64,000 bases of DNA from Candidatus Zambryskiibacteriota bacterium (GCA_016932555.1 JAFGCQ010000004.1:990-64989); one strand, 5' to 3'. Counted from the first letter of the stretch, positions 10,633 through 20,992 are shown. The notes: a model not told the origin generated them from the sequence alone. Made by a program: numbers and translations.

Positions 10633-11235
10633 TTATAAATCCAAAGTTCTCCTAGAAGCTACAGTCTGCAATGAAAATTCGGTTTTAGTGGTTGCATCTT
10701 CTCCGACATGGCCTTTTACGACAATGAGTACGTATGGTTGAATATCATCACCAGGATTACTACCATAAACATAAAATTTTAAATCATCAATGATGGCTTC
10801 TTGTGAAGTAATTCTTTCAAAATCTCCTCCATTGTAAGATTTTTCAATAGAATGTTTAATATCATTAAATTTATATTGTACTCTGACATTATTTGTTAAA
10901 TCGGTATCATAAAAAGTCACTGACAGCGTCCCACTTCCATCATTGTTAATATTGCAATCGCCCACATCAGGATCCGGACTGAGAGCACAATCATAATTTT
11001 TGCCAAACTTTATAATCCTGGCCATGTCTTCAACTACAATATTTAAATTGTCCACTACTGTCTTAGATGTCCTAGACTTTCGGTTAGCATCAATGATACT
11101 AATAATAGATCCAGCAGAAATAGCCACTACTAAAAGAAATAAAGTAATAGCTACCGTCATCTCTATCAGAGTAAAGCCCGCCCGCTTCGCAGGAATTTTC
11201 AATTTCCGATTTCCAATTTTCAATTTATTTCTCAT
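10633..11235 (-). CDS. Prepilin-type minor pilin (PilW/GspJ-like)
   Basis: AGFTLIEMTVAITLFLLVV motif. Start moved to the ATG just after the upstream stop (ORF track extends to 11268). Confidence 0.65.
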   Translation of the reverse strand: MRNKLKIGNRKLKIPAKRAGFTLIEMTVAITLFLLVVAISAGSIISIIDANRKSRTSKTVVDNLNIVVEDMARIIKFGKNYDCALSPDPDVGDCNINNDGSGTLSVTFYDTDLTNNVRVQYKFNDIKHSIEKSYNGGDFERITSQEAIIDDLKFYVYGSNPGDDIQPYVLIVVKGHVGEDATTKTEFSLQTVASRRTLDL

Positions 11236-11239
11236 AATT

Positions 11240-11860
11240 TTATTGTACTGAGACTTGACCGCTAGCATCTACCGTTATGAGAGAAGTTTTACTCCCACCT
11301 GCAGATTGCAAAGTAATTTTTACTGGTGGAAAATCTTTATCAATTCCTCCAACATTGGTTAAAAGAATTTTTGCTGCAGTATCAGGCCTAAAAAACCGAA
11401 TATCTGCTTGAAACAAAGATCCACCGCCTTCAAAACACCAATTTTTTACAGAACCACAAACGTCCTTAATTGTTATTCCCTTATCAAATTTTGTTGTTTC
11501 GATTTCTTCCCCTGCATCATATTTTTCATTATGATTTTTATCTGCATAAAAAATATATTTATCAGATAAACCTTGTCTCATATAAATCCCATACCCCACA
11601 TTAAAAATATCCCCCGCCACACCTAGTTGGCCTTTTACGCCTAAACTATAAATTTGAGCTTGGCGAATCATTAAAGCTAATTCATAAGCTTCGGTATTTA
11701 CAGCCAACTGTTCATCCCATTGCCTTTGTTGCATCACAAAAACAGTTATAATAATCATCGCTATAGATATAGAGACCAAAAGTTCTATCAGAGTAAAACC
11801 TCCACTTCGCTGAAGCTTCACAGGATAAGCTATTTTTAATTTTAAATTTTTAAAAAACAT
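11240..11860 (-). CDS. Prepilin-type minor pilin (GspH/FimT-like)
   Basis: GGFTLIELLVSISIAMII motif. Confidence 0.7.
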   Translation of the reverse strand: MFFKNLKLKIAYPVKLQRSGGFTLIELLVSISIAMIIITVFVMQQRQWDEQLAVNTEAYELALMIRQAQIYSLGVKGQLGVAGDIFNVGYGIYMRQGLSDKYIFYADKNHNEKYDAGEEIETTKFDKGITIKDVCGSVKNWCFEGGGSLFQADIRFFRPDTAAKILLTNVGGIDKDFPPVKITLQSAGGSKTSLITVDASGQVSVQ

Positions 11861-12689
11861 TTAAGAGAAATTTAATCTGAAAAATATCCAGATTTAATAA
11901 AAAGCTCAAAATAATTCCCAAAGAAAGGAAAGGGCCGAAGGGAATTTCAGATTTAATTGTAAAATTATTACTGAAAAGGGGCAAGTTTATATGTGATTTA
12001 ATTTTCTTAATTAATAAAACTAAAACTGAAAAAACCGCTCCTATCCAAAAAGCCAAAATTATCGCCGATAATCCCATCGCCGGCCCCAAGAAAAAACCTA
12101 AAACCGCTATGTATTTAACATCACCAAAACCGAACCAACGTCCTTTGGATATGAGAAATATTAACAGAAATGGGAGAGCCAGAATAATGCCCGTTACTAA
12201 ATTAAACAAGATTGCAGGCAAGCTTAGAGCTAAAAGCTTAAAGCTTAGAGCAAAAACAAAAAAGGCGATAAGAAAAGCGTCGGGGATAATAAAATGTTTG
12301 AGATCGTAAATAGAAATAAGTAAAATAATCGAAAATAAAGCCGTAATCAAAAGAAAACTAATTCCCATCTCTAAGCTCCAAGCTCTAAGCTCTAAGCTTA
12401 AAAAACCTGTCTCAAACGCCACTAAGACAACTAGAATACCCATGATTATCTCTATAATTATTGCCGATATTGGTATTTTAGCTTGACAGTATCGACATCT
12501 ACCTTTCAAAAATAAAAAAGAAAAAATGGGAAACAAATCTTTATTTTTAAGTTTAGTATTGCAAGAAAAACAAATTGAACGGCCCTTAAAAAAAGGTAAA
12601 CCCGTATTATACCGATCTGCTATAACACCCACAAAACTTCCTAAAGCAGTTCCAAATAGAAATATGACAACATCCCACAAATATAACAT
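11850..12689 (-). CDS. pilD: Prepilin peptidase (A24 family)
   Basis: Cys-rich CFSC...CRYC segment, multiple TM helices, IYDLKHFIIPD and GFGDVKY catalytic Asp motifs. ATG at 12689 preferred over the TTG at 12722. Confidence 0.8.
   Translation of the reverse strand: MLYLWDVVIFLFGTALGSFVGVIADRYNTGLPFFKGRSICFSCNTKLKNKDLFPIFSFLFLKGRCRYCQAKIPISAIIIEIIMGILVVLVAFETGFLSLELRAWSLEMGISFLLITALFSIILLISIYDLKHFIIPDAFLIAFFVFALSFKLLALSLPAILFNLVTGIILALPFLLIFLISKGRWFGFGDVKYIAVLGFFLGPAMGLSAIILAFWIGAVFSVLVLLIKKIKSHINLPLFSNNFTIKSEIPFGPFLSLGIILSFLLNLDIFQIKFLLNVF
12223..12250. repeat. Heptamer array CTTRRAG x4 inside pilD
   Basis: Inverted relative to the array at 12369-12396. Confidence 0.8.
12369..12396. repeat. 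Heptamer array CTCYAAG x4 inside pilD
   Basis: Reverse complement of the array at 12223-12250, 118 nt away. Confidence 0.8.
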
Positions 12690-12783
12690 TTTTTTATAAT
12701 CATACCATCTCGGCTCTCTCAAATCTATATGTCAAAGGCAATCTTTAAAATGCTTTGATAATTTTAATTCTTCTTTTATAACA

Positions 12784-12809
12784 CAAAACCCCGCGTATGC
12801 GGAGTTTTG
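12784..12809 (-). terminator. Terminator downstream of the pilin gene 12841-13302
   Basis: 11-bp stem with one mismatch, GTAT loop, T-run on the minus strand. Confidence 0.6.
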
Positions 12810-12840
12810 TACCCAAATTTTCTAAATAATTATGTAGTGA

Positions 12841-13302
12841 TTATGGATTGTTACAAGTAACATCACCATCGGGCTGGATAGCGTCTTGCTGTTTTGATGC
12901 TCCACTGCTATCTATGCACCAATACTTGCCACTCTGAGAAAGCAAGTTAGCCGATACTGCATAAGCGGGGGCTGCAGTGGTAACACATTTAAGTGTTACA
13001 CCGGTTGGGAACGAGTCTGTTCTTGTATAAGGGGTCAGAACCGCATCGGCAAACATAGCAAGAGCTGGCGCGCCGTCATTACATGCAGGATCATTTCCTG
13101 CAGCACCATAATTCCCATTAGTATCGTAATAAAGTTCTGCAGCTGCTCTTATACCAGAAAGCTGGGCTTTGACTTTAGCATCATTACCTCTACTTCGAGC
13201 AGTATTAAGTGAAGCTAAAACAACTGAGGAAAGAATACCAATAATAGCGATAACAACTAGAAGTTCGATAAGCGTAAAACCTTTATTTTTTAATTTAGAC
13301 AT
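12841..13302 (-). CDS. Type IV pilin (major-pilin-like)
   Basis: Short leader MSKLKNK, then GFTLIELLVVIAIIGIL; C-terminal Cys pair. Confidence 0.8.
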   Translation of the reverse strand: MSKLKNKGFTLIELLVVIAIIGILSSVVLASLNTARSRGNDAKVKAQLSGIRAAAELYYDTNGNYGAAGNDPACNDGAPALAMFADAVLTPYTRTDSFPTGVTLKCVTTAAPAYAVSANLLSQSGKYWCIDSSGASKQQDAIQPDGDVTCNNP

Positions 13303-13325
13303 AATTTTAAAAATAAACTAATTAA

Positions 13326-13343
13326 TTCTCTCTCGAGAGAGAA
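13326..13343. repeat. 18-nt perfect palindrome TTCTCTCTCGAGAGAGAA between the two pilin genes
   Basis: Self-complementary; 23 nt upstream of the start codon at 13302. Confidence 0.85.
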
Positions 13344-13431
13344 GCTTGTGTATTATCGACCAATCAAGCTTTACTTATATTATATAAAACTCTCATATTT
13401 TGTTAAATAATATGTGGATAACACTAATAAT

Positions 13432-13878
13432 TTAAGGACAAGAAGTGACAGGACCTCCTATTTCTTCACTTATTACTCTAGAAGCACCTCGGTTATCAAC
13501 ACAATAATACTCATTACCAGAATATAGAGTAGCTTTTACAGCGTAATCAACACTATTGGCTCTACATCTTATTTCTGTAAAATCAGGTAGATTGCCAGCA
13601 GCAATTAAAATACCGGGTTTACCATTATTTGGATCAAAATCATTAAATATACCCTGACTACAATTGTTTGCATCGCTGTAGTTACCATTATTAGCATAAT
13701 ACATACTAGCCGCTGTTCGAAATTGGCTTAGTTGGCTTTTTATTTGAGTATCATAAGCTCTTTCTCTTGATTTGGAAAGACTATTTAAAATAACTGAAGC
13801 AATGATGCCTATGATAGTTATAGATATCAGTAATTCAATTAAAGAAAAACCCTCTGAAAAATTTGAATTTTTAAACAT
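13432..13878 (-). CDS. Type IV pilin paralog
   Basis: GFSLIELLISITIIGIIASV prepilin motif. Confidence 0.8.
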   Translation of the reverse strand: MFKNSNFSEGFSLIELLISITIIGIIASVILNSLSKSRERAYDTQIKSQLSQFRTAASMYYANNGNYSDANNCSQGIFNDFDPNNGKPGILIAAGNLPDFTEIRCRANSVDYAVKATLYSGNEYYCVDNRGASRVISEEIGGPVTSCP

Positions 13879-13885
13879 ATTTTTA

Positions 13886-15094
13886 TCATATACCCGAAGC
13901 GATATTGTAAATCGGCATAAGCACCGAGGCTAACAAAACACCGACTCCAACGCCAAGCATCACGATCATTATCGGCTCAATCATACTTACCAAAGTATCA
14001 ACTGCTGCCATAACTTCTCTCTGATAGAATTTGGACATAGTTTTCATAATATTTCCCAACTCCCCAGTTTCTTCACCCACTTTTATCATTTGAGTAAGTA
14101 TATTGGGAATTTCTTCATTATCTTTCAAAGAAGCGGAAAGGGGTTGCCCGCCTCTTATTTTAATTTCTGCTTCTTCTAATATTTCTTTATATACTTCATT
14201 ATCTATAACTGAAGCAGTAACTTGAATGGCTTTTAACATTGGAATACCCGAAAGCACCATGGTGCTTAAGTTATCAGAAAAACGTGATAAATAAAGTTTG
14301 CGATATAAGTCGCCGACATAGGGTATGTAAAGTCTAGCGTTTGATATCCATCTCTTGCCCTCCTTAGTAGTACCATACCAAAACAGACCGCCAATTAAAG
14401 CAATTAGTCCAAAAACCATATACATCCAATAAGCGACAAAAAAATCACTTACCCAAAATACAATTTGAGTATAAAACGGCACTTCTTGAGCCGATTCTTT
14501 GATTATCAGGCCAATTTTCGGCACTATCACTGTAAACATGATGACCATAACTGCGATAAAGGTAAAGATAATAAAAGCCGGATATATGAGAGCATGTTTA
14601 GCTTTAGAACTAACTTCATAAGTACGATCTAAGTAATCAGCCAAGAATGAAAAAACTTGATCGAGATGTCCTGATTCTTCTCCTGATTTGACCATATTAA
14701 TATAGAAATTGGAGAAAACTTCGGGATGTTTAGAGAGAGCACCTGATATTGAAGATCCTGATTGTAAGTCATCAACTATTTGCAGTAAATGTTTTTTCAA
14801 AGCTGGATTTTCACTTTCGGTACCAAGTAATTTAAAAACTTTCAGAGCAGAAACCTGAGCCTCAAAAAGAGTGGACATCTGGCGAGATAATATGACAATT
14901 TCTCTATTGGAAACTTTGTTAAAAAAGGGAATTCTTTTGAGAATATCGCCATCACCTTCTTCTATTGGCTTTATTGAAGAAATAATTAAGCCTCTGTTTT
15001 GCAATGCAGAGATAGCGGCTTCCATACTGAAAGCTTCTACTTCACCTTCTTGTTTGATACCATTTCTATTAATTGTTTTATACGAAAAAAGCAT
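13886..15094 (-). CDS. pilC: Type IV pilus platform protein (GspF/PilC family)
   Basis: Two-repeat GspF architecture with three TM segments. Confidence 0.85.
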   Translation of the reverse strand: MLFSYKTINRNGIKQEGEVEAFSMEAAISALQNRGLIISSIKPIEEGDGDILKRIPFFNKVSNREIVILSRQMSTLFEAQVSALKVFKLLGTESENPALKKHLLQIVDDLQSGSSISGALSKHPEVFSNFYINMVKSGEESGHLDQVFSFLADYLDRTYEVSSKAKHALIYPAFIIFTFIAVMVIMFTVIVPKIGLIIKESAQEVPFYTQIVFWVSDFFVAYWMYMVFGLIALIGGLFWYGTTKEGKRWISNARLYIPYVGDLYRKLYLSRFSDNLSTMVLSGIPMLKAIQVTASVIDNEVYKEILEEAEIKIRGGQPLSASLKDNEEIPNILTQMIKVGEETGELGNIMKTMSKFYQREVMAAVDTLVSMIEPIMIVMLGVGVGVLLASVLMPIYNIASGI

Positions 15095-15097
15095 AGA

Positions 15098-16147
15098 TTA
15101 CAACATCTTTTCCAAAACATTTGGATTACTTGAGTAAAGGAAAGCGTTTTCTACACTGATATCTCCTTTATTTACCAGATTTACTAAACATCTATTAAAA
15201 TCAATCATACCCTCTTCCGAGCTAGTTTCTATCACAGTGTTTATCTCATGAGTTCTTTTATCTCGAACAAGATTTGCCACTGCTGTGTTGTTTATAAGAA
15301 GCTCATAGGCTGGTATTAAGCCCCCAGATATTCTTGGGATCAATCTTTGAGAAAAAATTCCAGATAAGGAGCTAGCTAATTGCAAGCGAATTTGGTTTTG
15401 TTGTTTAGAATCAAATGAGTCAATGATACGATCAACTGTTTGAGCGGCGTTATTAGTGTGTAGAGTCGAAAATACTAGGTGTCCAGTCTCAGCTGCTGAA
15501 ACTGCGGTAGCCATAGTTTCAGCGTCCCTCATTTCACCAACCATAATAACATTTACATCTGCCCTAAAAGAATCTCTAAGAGCCAAATTAAACCCTGGGG
15601 TATCTATACCGATTTCTCTTTGGTGAATAATAGACTTCTTAGGTGTAAATAAGTATTCTATTGGATCTTCTATGGTAATTATATTTTCCAATCTTTCGCC
15701 ATTTATAAGTTCAATTAAAGAAGCTAAGGTGGTAGATTTACCATGACCTGTAGGACCAACTACTAAAAAGAAACCTGATTTTAATCTAGCGAAGTTTTCT
15801 AAAGCTTTGGGTAGATTCAAATCAGATATAGAGAGTATTTCTTTGGGAATATGGCGAAGGCTTAAACAAATTCTTTTTTGTTCAACATAAACATGCACTC
15901 GAAATCTTTCTTTATTGTGTTCATAGGATACGTCAGCACTTTTCCTTTCCAGAAAAGATTTTTTCTTGGATTCTGAAAGTATTTTATCTAAAATGCTCTC
16001 TATGATTTCTCTAGAGAATTTTTCAATTTTGGAAATGGGCATTAAATGGCTGGCCACTCTAATATAGGGAATTCGACCTTCAGAAATGTGCAAATCAGAA
16101 GCTCCTTCTTTAACTAAAATTTCAATTAAATTGTCTAAATAATTCAT
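15098..16147 (-). CDS. pilT: Twitching-motility retraction ATPase
   Basis: Walker A GPTGHGKST, Walker B and His box of the PilT family; about 350 aa. Confidence 0.85.
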   Translation of the reverse strand: MNYLDNLIEILVKEGASDLHISEGRIPYIRVASHLMPISKIEKFSREIIESILDKILSESKKKSFLERKSADVSYEHNKERFRVHVYVEQKRICLSLRHIPKEILSISDLNLPKALENFARLKSGFFLVVGPTGHGKSTTLASLIELINGERLENIITIEDPIEYLFTPKKSIIHQREIGIDTPGFNLALRDSFRADVNVIMVGEMRDAETMATAVSAAETGHLVFSTLHTNNAAQTVDRIIDSFDSKQQNQIRLQLASSLSGIFSQRLIPRISGGLIPAYELLINNTAVANLVRDKRTHEINTVIETSSEEGMIDFNRCLVNLVNKGDISVENAFLYSSNPNVLEKML

Positions 16148-16149
16148 AA

Positions 16150-16548
16150 TTAATTTTTTGAATTTTTAATAATTCTCATAGTTTCTTCGACTACTTCAAG
16201 GGGCGTAGCAGCGGATTTAATAATATAAGCAGCAACACCTAATTCTTTAGATATATTAATGTCTTCTTCATTGTTTTGGTTAGTGAGCATTACTATCGGA
16301 ATACCCTCTCCCAACTTCTCTTTTCTCATCTTTTTTAGAGCCTCTATACCGCTCATATCAGACATAACTATATCTAAAAGGATAAGATCGGCTTGCAATC
16401 CTGATTTAAGTTTTTCTATGAAAGAAGTTCCCGAGTTGCAAGCCTCAACTTCAACACCAGAGTTATTAAACTTAGTAACATACATATTAACCAAAAAATC
16501 ATCGTCATCAACTAATATTATTTTGTATTTTTTCTCTTCATTAGTCAT
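16150..16548 (-). CDS. Single-domain response regulator (CheY-like receiver)
   Basis: DDD acidic pocket, LLDIVM phospho-acceptor Asp, conserved Lys region. Confidence 0.8.
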   Translation of the reverse strand: MTNEEKKYKIILVDDDDFLVNMYVTKFNNSGVEVEACNSGTSFIEKLKSGLQADLILLDIVMSDMSGIEALKKMRKEKLGEGIPIVMLTNQNNEEDINISKELGVAAYIIKSAATPLEVVEETMRIIKNSKN

Positions 16549-16596
16549 ATTTTTATATTGTTTATATTATATATTGAACTCATAAATACCACCATC

Positions 16597-18360
16597 TTAA
16601 AAGGTGTTAAATTCTTCGTAAGGGATAATTTTTTCAAAGGATTTTATCAAAGCATCATCTTTCATAGTCATCATACCTCTTTCTCTGGCATATTTCCAAA
16701 TAGATTGCTCTGTAGGATTTTTGAGAATTATCTCCTGCAAGCCCTTATCAACCTTCAATACTTCCATAATAGCAGCGCGGCCCTTTATACCACTTGGACA
16801 ATTAGGTGCTGGTGATATTTTATAAACTTCTTTACCAAAATTTATCTCCCCTCTAAATTGTTCCGGTAAATCTAAAAATTGTTTTTCTATTCTCATTCGT
16901 AAACTTTCATCTATTGGCATAGCTTCGCCAGCCCCCGGTGCTAAAGTCCTAGCTAACCTTTGGGCAATGGCCAAAATCAAAGTCGGAGCAATAAGATAAG
17001 GATCAACCCCCATATCAACCAAACGAGGAATAACTCCAATGGCATTATTGGTGTGAATAGTAGAAAACACCAAATGACCAGTTAAGGCTGCCTGAATAGC
17101 TAATTGGGCGGTTTCTTTGTCTCGAATCTCACCGACCATTATAATATCGGGGTCTTGCCTTAGAGTAGTGCGTAACCCTGAAGCAAAAGTATAACCAATT
17201 TCAGGCATTACTTGAGATTGACTCATACCTTCCATGTTATACTCCACTGGATCTTCAAGAGAAAGAACGTTTTTATGCTCTTTATCAACTTCATTCATCA
17301 TAGAATAAAGAGTGGTAGATTTACCACTACCGGTAGGACCAGATATTAAAATCAAACCATAATGCCTTTTTATGGCTTCTGTGATGTAATCTACATTTCT
17401 TTTGCTTAATCCTAAATCAATCAATTTACGAATACCCTTTTCCTGATCTAAAATACGGATAACTACCTTTTCACCAAAAGAAGTGGGAAAAGTAGAAACT
17501 CTGAAATCAATTTTCTTTTCATTTAATTTGGCACTAAATCTACCATCTTGAGGTTTTCTCTTTTCATCAAGGCGCATATTAGATATTATTTTAATCCTAG
17601 CTACTACTGCACTGTGGATTTTTGTCGGCAAGACAATACTAGTGTTCAAAATTCCATCTATTCTGAAACGCACTTTTACATTTACTGAGGTTGGTTCTAT
17701 GTGAATATCAGAAGCTAAACCGTCAATTGCATACCTCAAGATATTAGCTACTATTTTGGTAACTGGAGCATTTTCGATAACTCTGGTGCCTTTTTCTTTC
17801 TTAACAGTTAAATCAGTTTCGTTATCTTCTTCAATTTTAGTAAGTTTTTCTTGTTTTTCTTCAGATTTATTTTTATCTTTAGAATCAGAAGAAAATTCCA
17901 TCTCCAGTTCTGTCAGAGCTTTAGTCACTTCACCAGTAAGACCCTTATAAAGTTTAAGAACATCTTCAAAATCTTTTCTGGATATAAGAAAAGCTTTAAA
18001 AGGCATGTTTGCCTTAGAAGAAATAAAACTTAAAGCATCTCGAGCTAAAATATTATCAGGATCAACTATACCAACTTCCAAAACACCATCTTTGACAGCT
18101 AAGGGTACAAATTGGTAGTAAGCGGCAGATTCTTCTGCAATATAATCTAAAACTTTTTGATCTATTGAGGCTATTTCAACTTTTTTAACAGGGACAGTAT
18201 AATATTCTGATTTAGCCCTTAGAATATCTTCTTCGCTTATACCAAAAGAGACTAAAGCATCTTCAACATCTTCTTCTGAGTCGCTTTTCTTAATTTTTAT
18301 AGAAGAAAGATCTTTGGTCTCAATAACACCTTGTTTTACAAGAACATCTAATATACTCAT
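16597..18360 (-). CDS. pilB: Type IV pilus assembly ATPase (GspE/PilB family)
   Basis: Walker A GPTGSGKST and GspE N-terminal domains; 587 aa. Confidence 0.85.
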   Translation of the reverse strand: MSILDVLVKQGVIETKDLSSIKIKKSDSEEDVEDALVSFGISEEDILRAKSEYYTVPVKKVEIASIDQKVLDYIAEESAAYYQFVPLAVKDGVLEVGIVDPDNILARDALSFISSKANMPFKAFLISRKDFEDVLKLYKGLTGEVTKALTELEMEFSSDSKDKNKSEEKQEKLTKIEEDNETDLTVKKEKGTRVIENAPVTKIVANILRYAIDGLASDIHIEPTSVNVKVRFRIDGILNTSIVLPTKIHSAVVARIKIISNMRLDEKRKPQDGRFSAKLNEKKIDFRVSTFPTSFGEKVVIRILDQEKGIRKLIDLGLSKRNVDYITEAIKRHYGLILISGPTGSGKSTTLYSMMNEVDKEHKNVLSLEDPVEYNMEGMSQSQVMPEIGYTFASGLRTTLRQDPDIIMVGEIRDKETAQLAIQAALTGHLVFSTIHTNNAIGVIPRLVDMGVDPYLIAPTLILAIAQRLARTLAPGAGEAMPIDESLRMRIEKQFLDLPEQFRGEINFGKEVYKISPAPNCPSGIKGRAAIMEVLKVDKGLQEIILKNPTEQSIWKYARERGMMTMKDDALIKSFEKIIPYEEFNTF

Positions 18361-18372
18361 AACAAAATGCGA

Positions 18373-18666
18373 CTAAAAATTAGAAAATGGGTTATCGCGA
18401 CCGACTGGTATTGATATTAGGGGGGTAGCTATACTTTTTAGCGATTCAAATTTTTCATTTATTATTATATCCATATCAAAACTTACCACTTCAATTTGAT
18501 CTAATAAACTTTCCATTCTTTGGCTAGCTGTAACATTTTCATCAATAAGCAACGCCTCCTCTTGATCAGGCATATACATTACTTTATAAGCAATAACAAG
18601 AAGTCCGATGAGAATTATCAGCATAATCTGTGTTCGTATTTTGCTTTTTGCTTTTTGGTCAGCCAT
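18373..18666 (-). CDS. Small single-pass protein in the pilus locus
   Basis: One TM helix; the pilus role is suggested only by position between the PilO-like gene and pilB. Confidence 0.35.
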   Translation of the reverse strand: MADQKAKSKIRTQIMLIILIGLLVIAYKVMYMPDQEEALLIDENVTASQRMESLLDQIEVVSFDMDIIINEKFESLKSIATPLISIPVGRDNPFSNF

Positions 18667-18689
18667 TATCTTAATTTTTTAACAAATAA

Positions 18690-19235
18690 TTAATCAAACC
18701 AATAAGTTTCAAACTCCACGTCGTATGAATTTATGCCTTTGTTTGTAGTATTTAATTTCATGGATTTTATATCTAGTAACCTCAAACTTTTTTCAAGATC
18801 CAAGATGAAATAATTGAAATTCTGATGAGAAGTGTCAAAAGAAAAACCGATAATTGCAGATTTATAATTGTTTTGAACTATTGATTCATCCTCAGAATTC
18901 AGATTTTGAGATGTTTGAACTTCTATTAAACTTATCCCCCCTATTGATATACCGTACCTAGCTGCCACATCGGCGATTTGAGAAACCAGTCTCACAAAAT
19001 CTAAAGATTTTGGCAAAATAGTGTCTATTTTTTCCTTATCTTCATTTGATATTTTATTTAATTCGTCCAATAATTCCTGTTTTTTAATTTCAATATTTTG
19101 GGCCACACTTAGAGAATTTTCATAATCTTGCTTATCTTCTAAAGTCGCAAAAACATCTTGAACTGTCGGATAAGCAAAAAGATACCCAATGATTATGGCA
19201 AGCAGTATAAGTCCAAATTTAAAAACATTACTCAT
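18690..19235 (-). CDS. PilO-like pilus assembly protein
   Basis: N-terminal TM plus coiled coil; position after the PilN-like gene. Confidence 0.5.
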   Translation of the reverse strand: MSNVFKFGLILLAIIIGYLFAYPTVQDVFATLEDKQDYENSLSVAQNIEIKKQELLDELNKISNEDKEKIDTILPKSLDFVRLVSQIADVAARYGISIGGISLIEVQTSQNLNSEDESIVQNNYKSAIIGFSFDTSHQNFNYFILDLEKSLRLLDIKSMKLNTTNKGINSYDVEFETYWFD

Positions 19236-19250
19236 AAATAAACTGATGTT

Positions 19251-19823
19251 TTATGGCGAATAAATGGCAATTTCCGGATCAACTTCAATCTTTAAAGAAA
19301 AAGATACTCTACCTTTATCGGTTAAATTCAAGTTAGAAAAAGTTACTGATCTGAAAAATTCGTTTTTATTAAAAATATCTTCCTGTAAAGCCAAAGTGGC
19401 ATAGCTTGAAGATTCACCTTCCAGATCAGCAGTTAAGCCCCCCTGCTCAGACATATTATAACTGAAGTTATCAAACCAAACACGACTAACTGTTGTGGAG
19501 GAGAGATTCTCCAAAAAATTTGATACTACTTTATGTTTGTTAATCAAAGTTTTAGTTAAATCTAATTTTCTATCAAAAGCCAGTATTTCGTTAATAATTT
19601 CTTTATCCATGTTTTTCTCAACTTCAGCTAACTGGGCCTGCAAATCTCGAATTTCTTTATCTAAAGTAAATTTATAGAAATAAACAAATCCAGAGACAAT
19701 GAGAGTCGACAAAAATAAAGCTACTGATAAAACACCTAAAAAACCAGTACCTTTTTTCTTATAGGTCTTTTCAGTATTTACTGAACCCTTGGGTATAAAT
19801 GATGATCTAAACTCGGGTGCCAT
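19251..19823 (-). CDS. PilN-like pilus assembly protein
   Basis: TM plus coiled coil; position after pilM. Confidence 0.5.
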   Translation of the reverse strand: MAPEFRSSFIPKGSVNTEKTYKKKGTGFLGVLSVALFLSTLIVSGFVYFYKFTLDKEIRDLQAQLAEVEKNMDKEIINEILAFDRKLDLTKTLINKHKVVSNFLENLSSTTVSRVWFDNFSYNMSEQGGLTADLEGESSSYATLALQEDIFNKNEFFRSVTFSNLNLTDKGRVSFSLKIEVDPEIAIYSP

Positions 19824-19888
19824 ATTGTTTTAATTATACTCTATCTAAATATAAGAATAAAAATAAAATTGTTAATTACTTTTCATTT

Positions 19889-20992
19889 TTAAATCTCCTG
19901 TAAACACCGAAGTGCTGATCCAGTAGCCACAGTAAATTCTGGTCCAGTTTCTTTGAGAATATTTTCTAAAAATGCAGGCACTTCGACATTTTCAAAAGGA
20001 TTGCCAGAAATAACTTCTACTTTAAAATTTTCTGCTGCTAAATTTCTAAAACCCTTTAAAGCTGAACCGCCACCAATTAGAAATATACTTTTGATGTTTT
20101 GTTTATTTCTTTTTTGGAAATCAAACAAAAATCTGTTAGCTTCAGAAAAAATGCTGCCAGCTACGAGAGAGACTGATTCTGACAAGTCGATGCCATCTTT
20201 GGTTTTATTCATTCCAATAGATCTTTTTGCTATCTCCGCATCTTCCAATGAGACATTTAAGGTTCTGGCAATATTAGCCGTAATATCCTGAGAACCTCTA
20301 TTTATGATATGAGAATTATAAACTAAACCTCTATCTATAATGTAAAGTTTAGTAGTAGAAGCACCCATATCAAGTATCATGATTGGACCTTTAATTCCTT
20401 CCAAAACTGATCTCATAGAAGCAAAAACTTCTATCTCAAAAAATTTAGGGTCAAGGCTTGTTCTTTCCGATATTTCTTTATATTGATCAATAATATTGTT
20501 ATGGATAGCCACTAAAAGAATATCTACTGTTTTAATACTCTCTTCACCTTTAATTAGAGGTTTTCTTTCAGTATCTTTTCTAGGAATAATAGACCAATCT
20601 AAAGTCACCTCAGAAATAGGTACCGGAATATATTTTCTAGCTTCCATTTTAACCATATTATCCATTTCCTCTTCTTCAATTTCAGGAGTTTCCACCACAG
20701 ATAAAAGAGAGGCTTTAAATGGAATAGCTAAACCACAAGTGCGAGTAGTTAATGCTACTTCTTTTTCAGTTAATAAATCATTCATCGCTTGAACTAATTT
20801 CTCGGTTGACAAATTAACAGATTGGCCAACTGAAGCCCCTCCATAGGGACCTAAAGATAGCTCTCCATAAGTTTCAAGTATTGCTTTGTCTCCTTTTTTC
20901 TTAAGTTGAACTATCTTAATTGAAGAAGAACCAATATCAATACCTAAAGCGTTAACAACTTTTCTTTTAAAAAGATTGGAAAAAAAACCCAT
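19889..20992 (-). CDS. pilM: Type IV pilus assembly protein PilM (actin-like ATPase fold)
   Basis: GIDIGSSSIK and DMGASTT phosphate motifs. Confidence 0.75.
   Translation of the reverse strand: MGFFSNLFKRKVVNALGIDIGSSSIKIVQLKKKGDKAILETYGELSLGPYGGASVGQSVNLSTEKLVQAMNDLLTEKEVALTTRTCGLAIPFKASLLSVVETPEIEEEEMDNMVKMEARKYIPVPISEVTLDWSIIPRKDTERKPLIKGEESIKTVDILLVAIHNNIIDQYKEISERTSLDPKFFEIEVFASMRSVLEGIKGPIMILDMGASTTKLYIIDRGLVYNSHIINRGSQDITANIARTLNVSLEDAEIAKRSIGMNKTKDGIDLSESVSLVAGSIFSEANRFLFDFQKRNKQNIKSIFLIGGGSALKGFRNLAAENFKVEVISGNPFENVEVPAFLENILKETGPEFTVATGSALRCLQEI

Noticed and set aside
10586-12396. Short tandem repeats, considered as a possible CRISPR array
   Set aside because: The units are 7 nt and contiguous, with no spacers, and lie inside coding sequence. 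No repeat-spacer architecture exists anywhere in the window.
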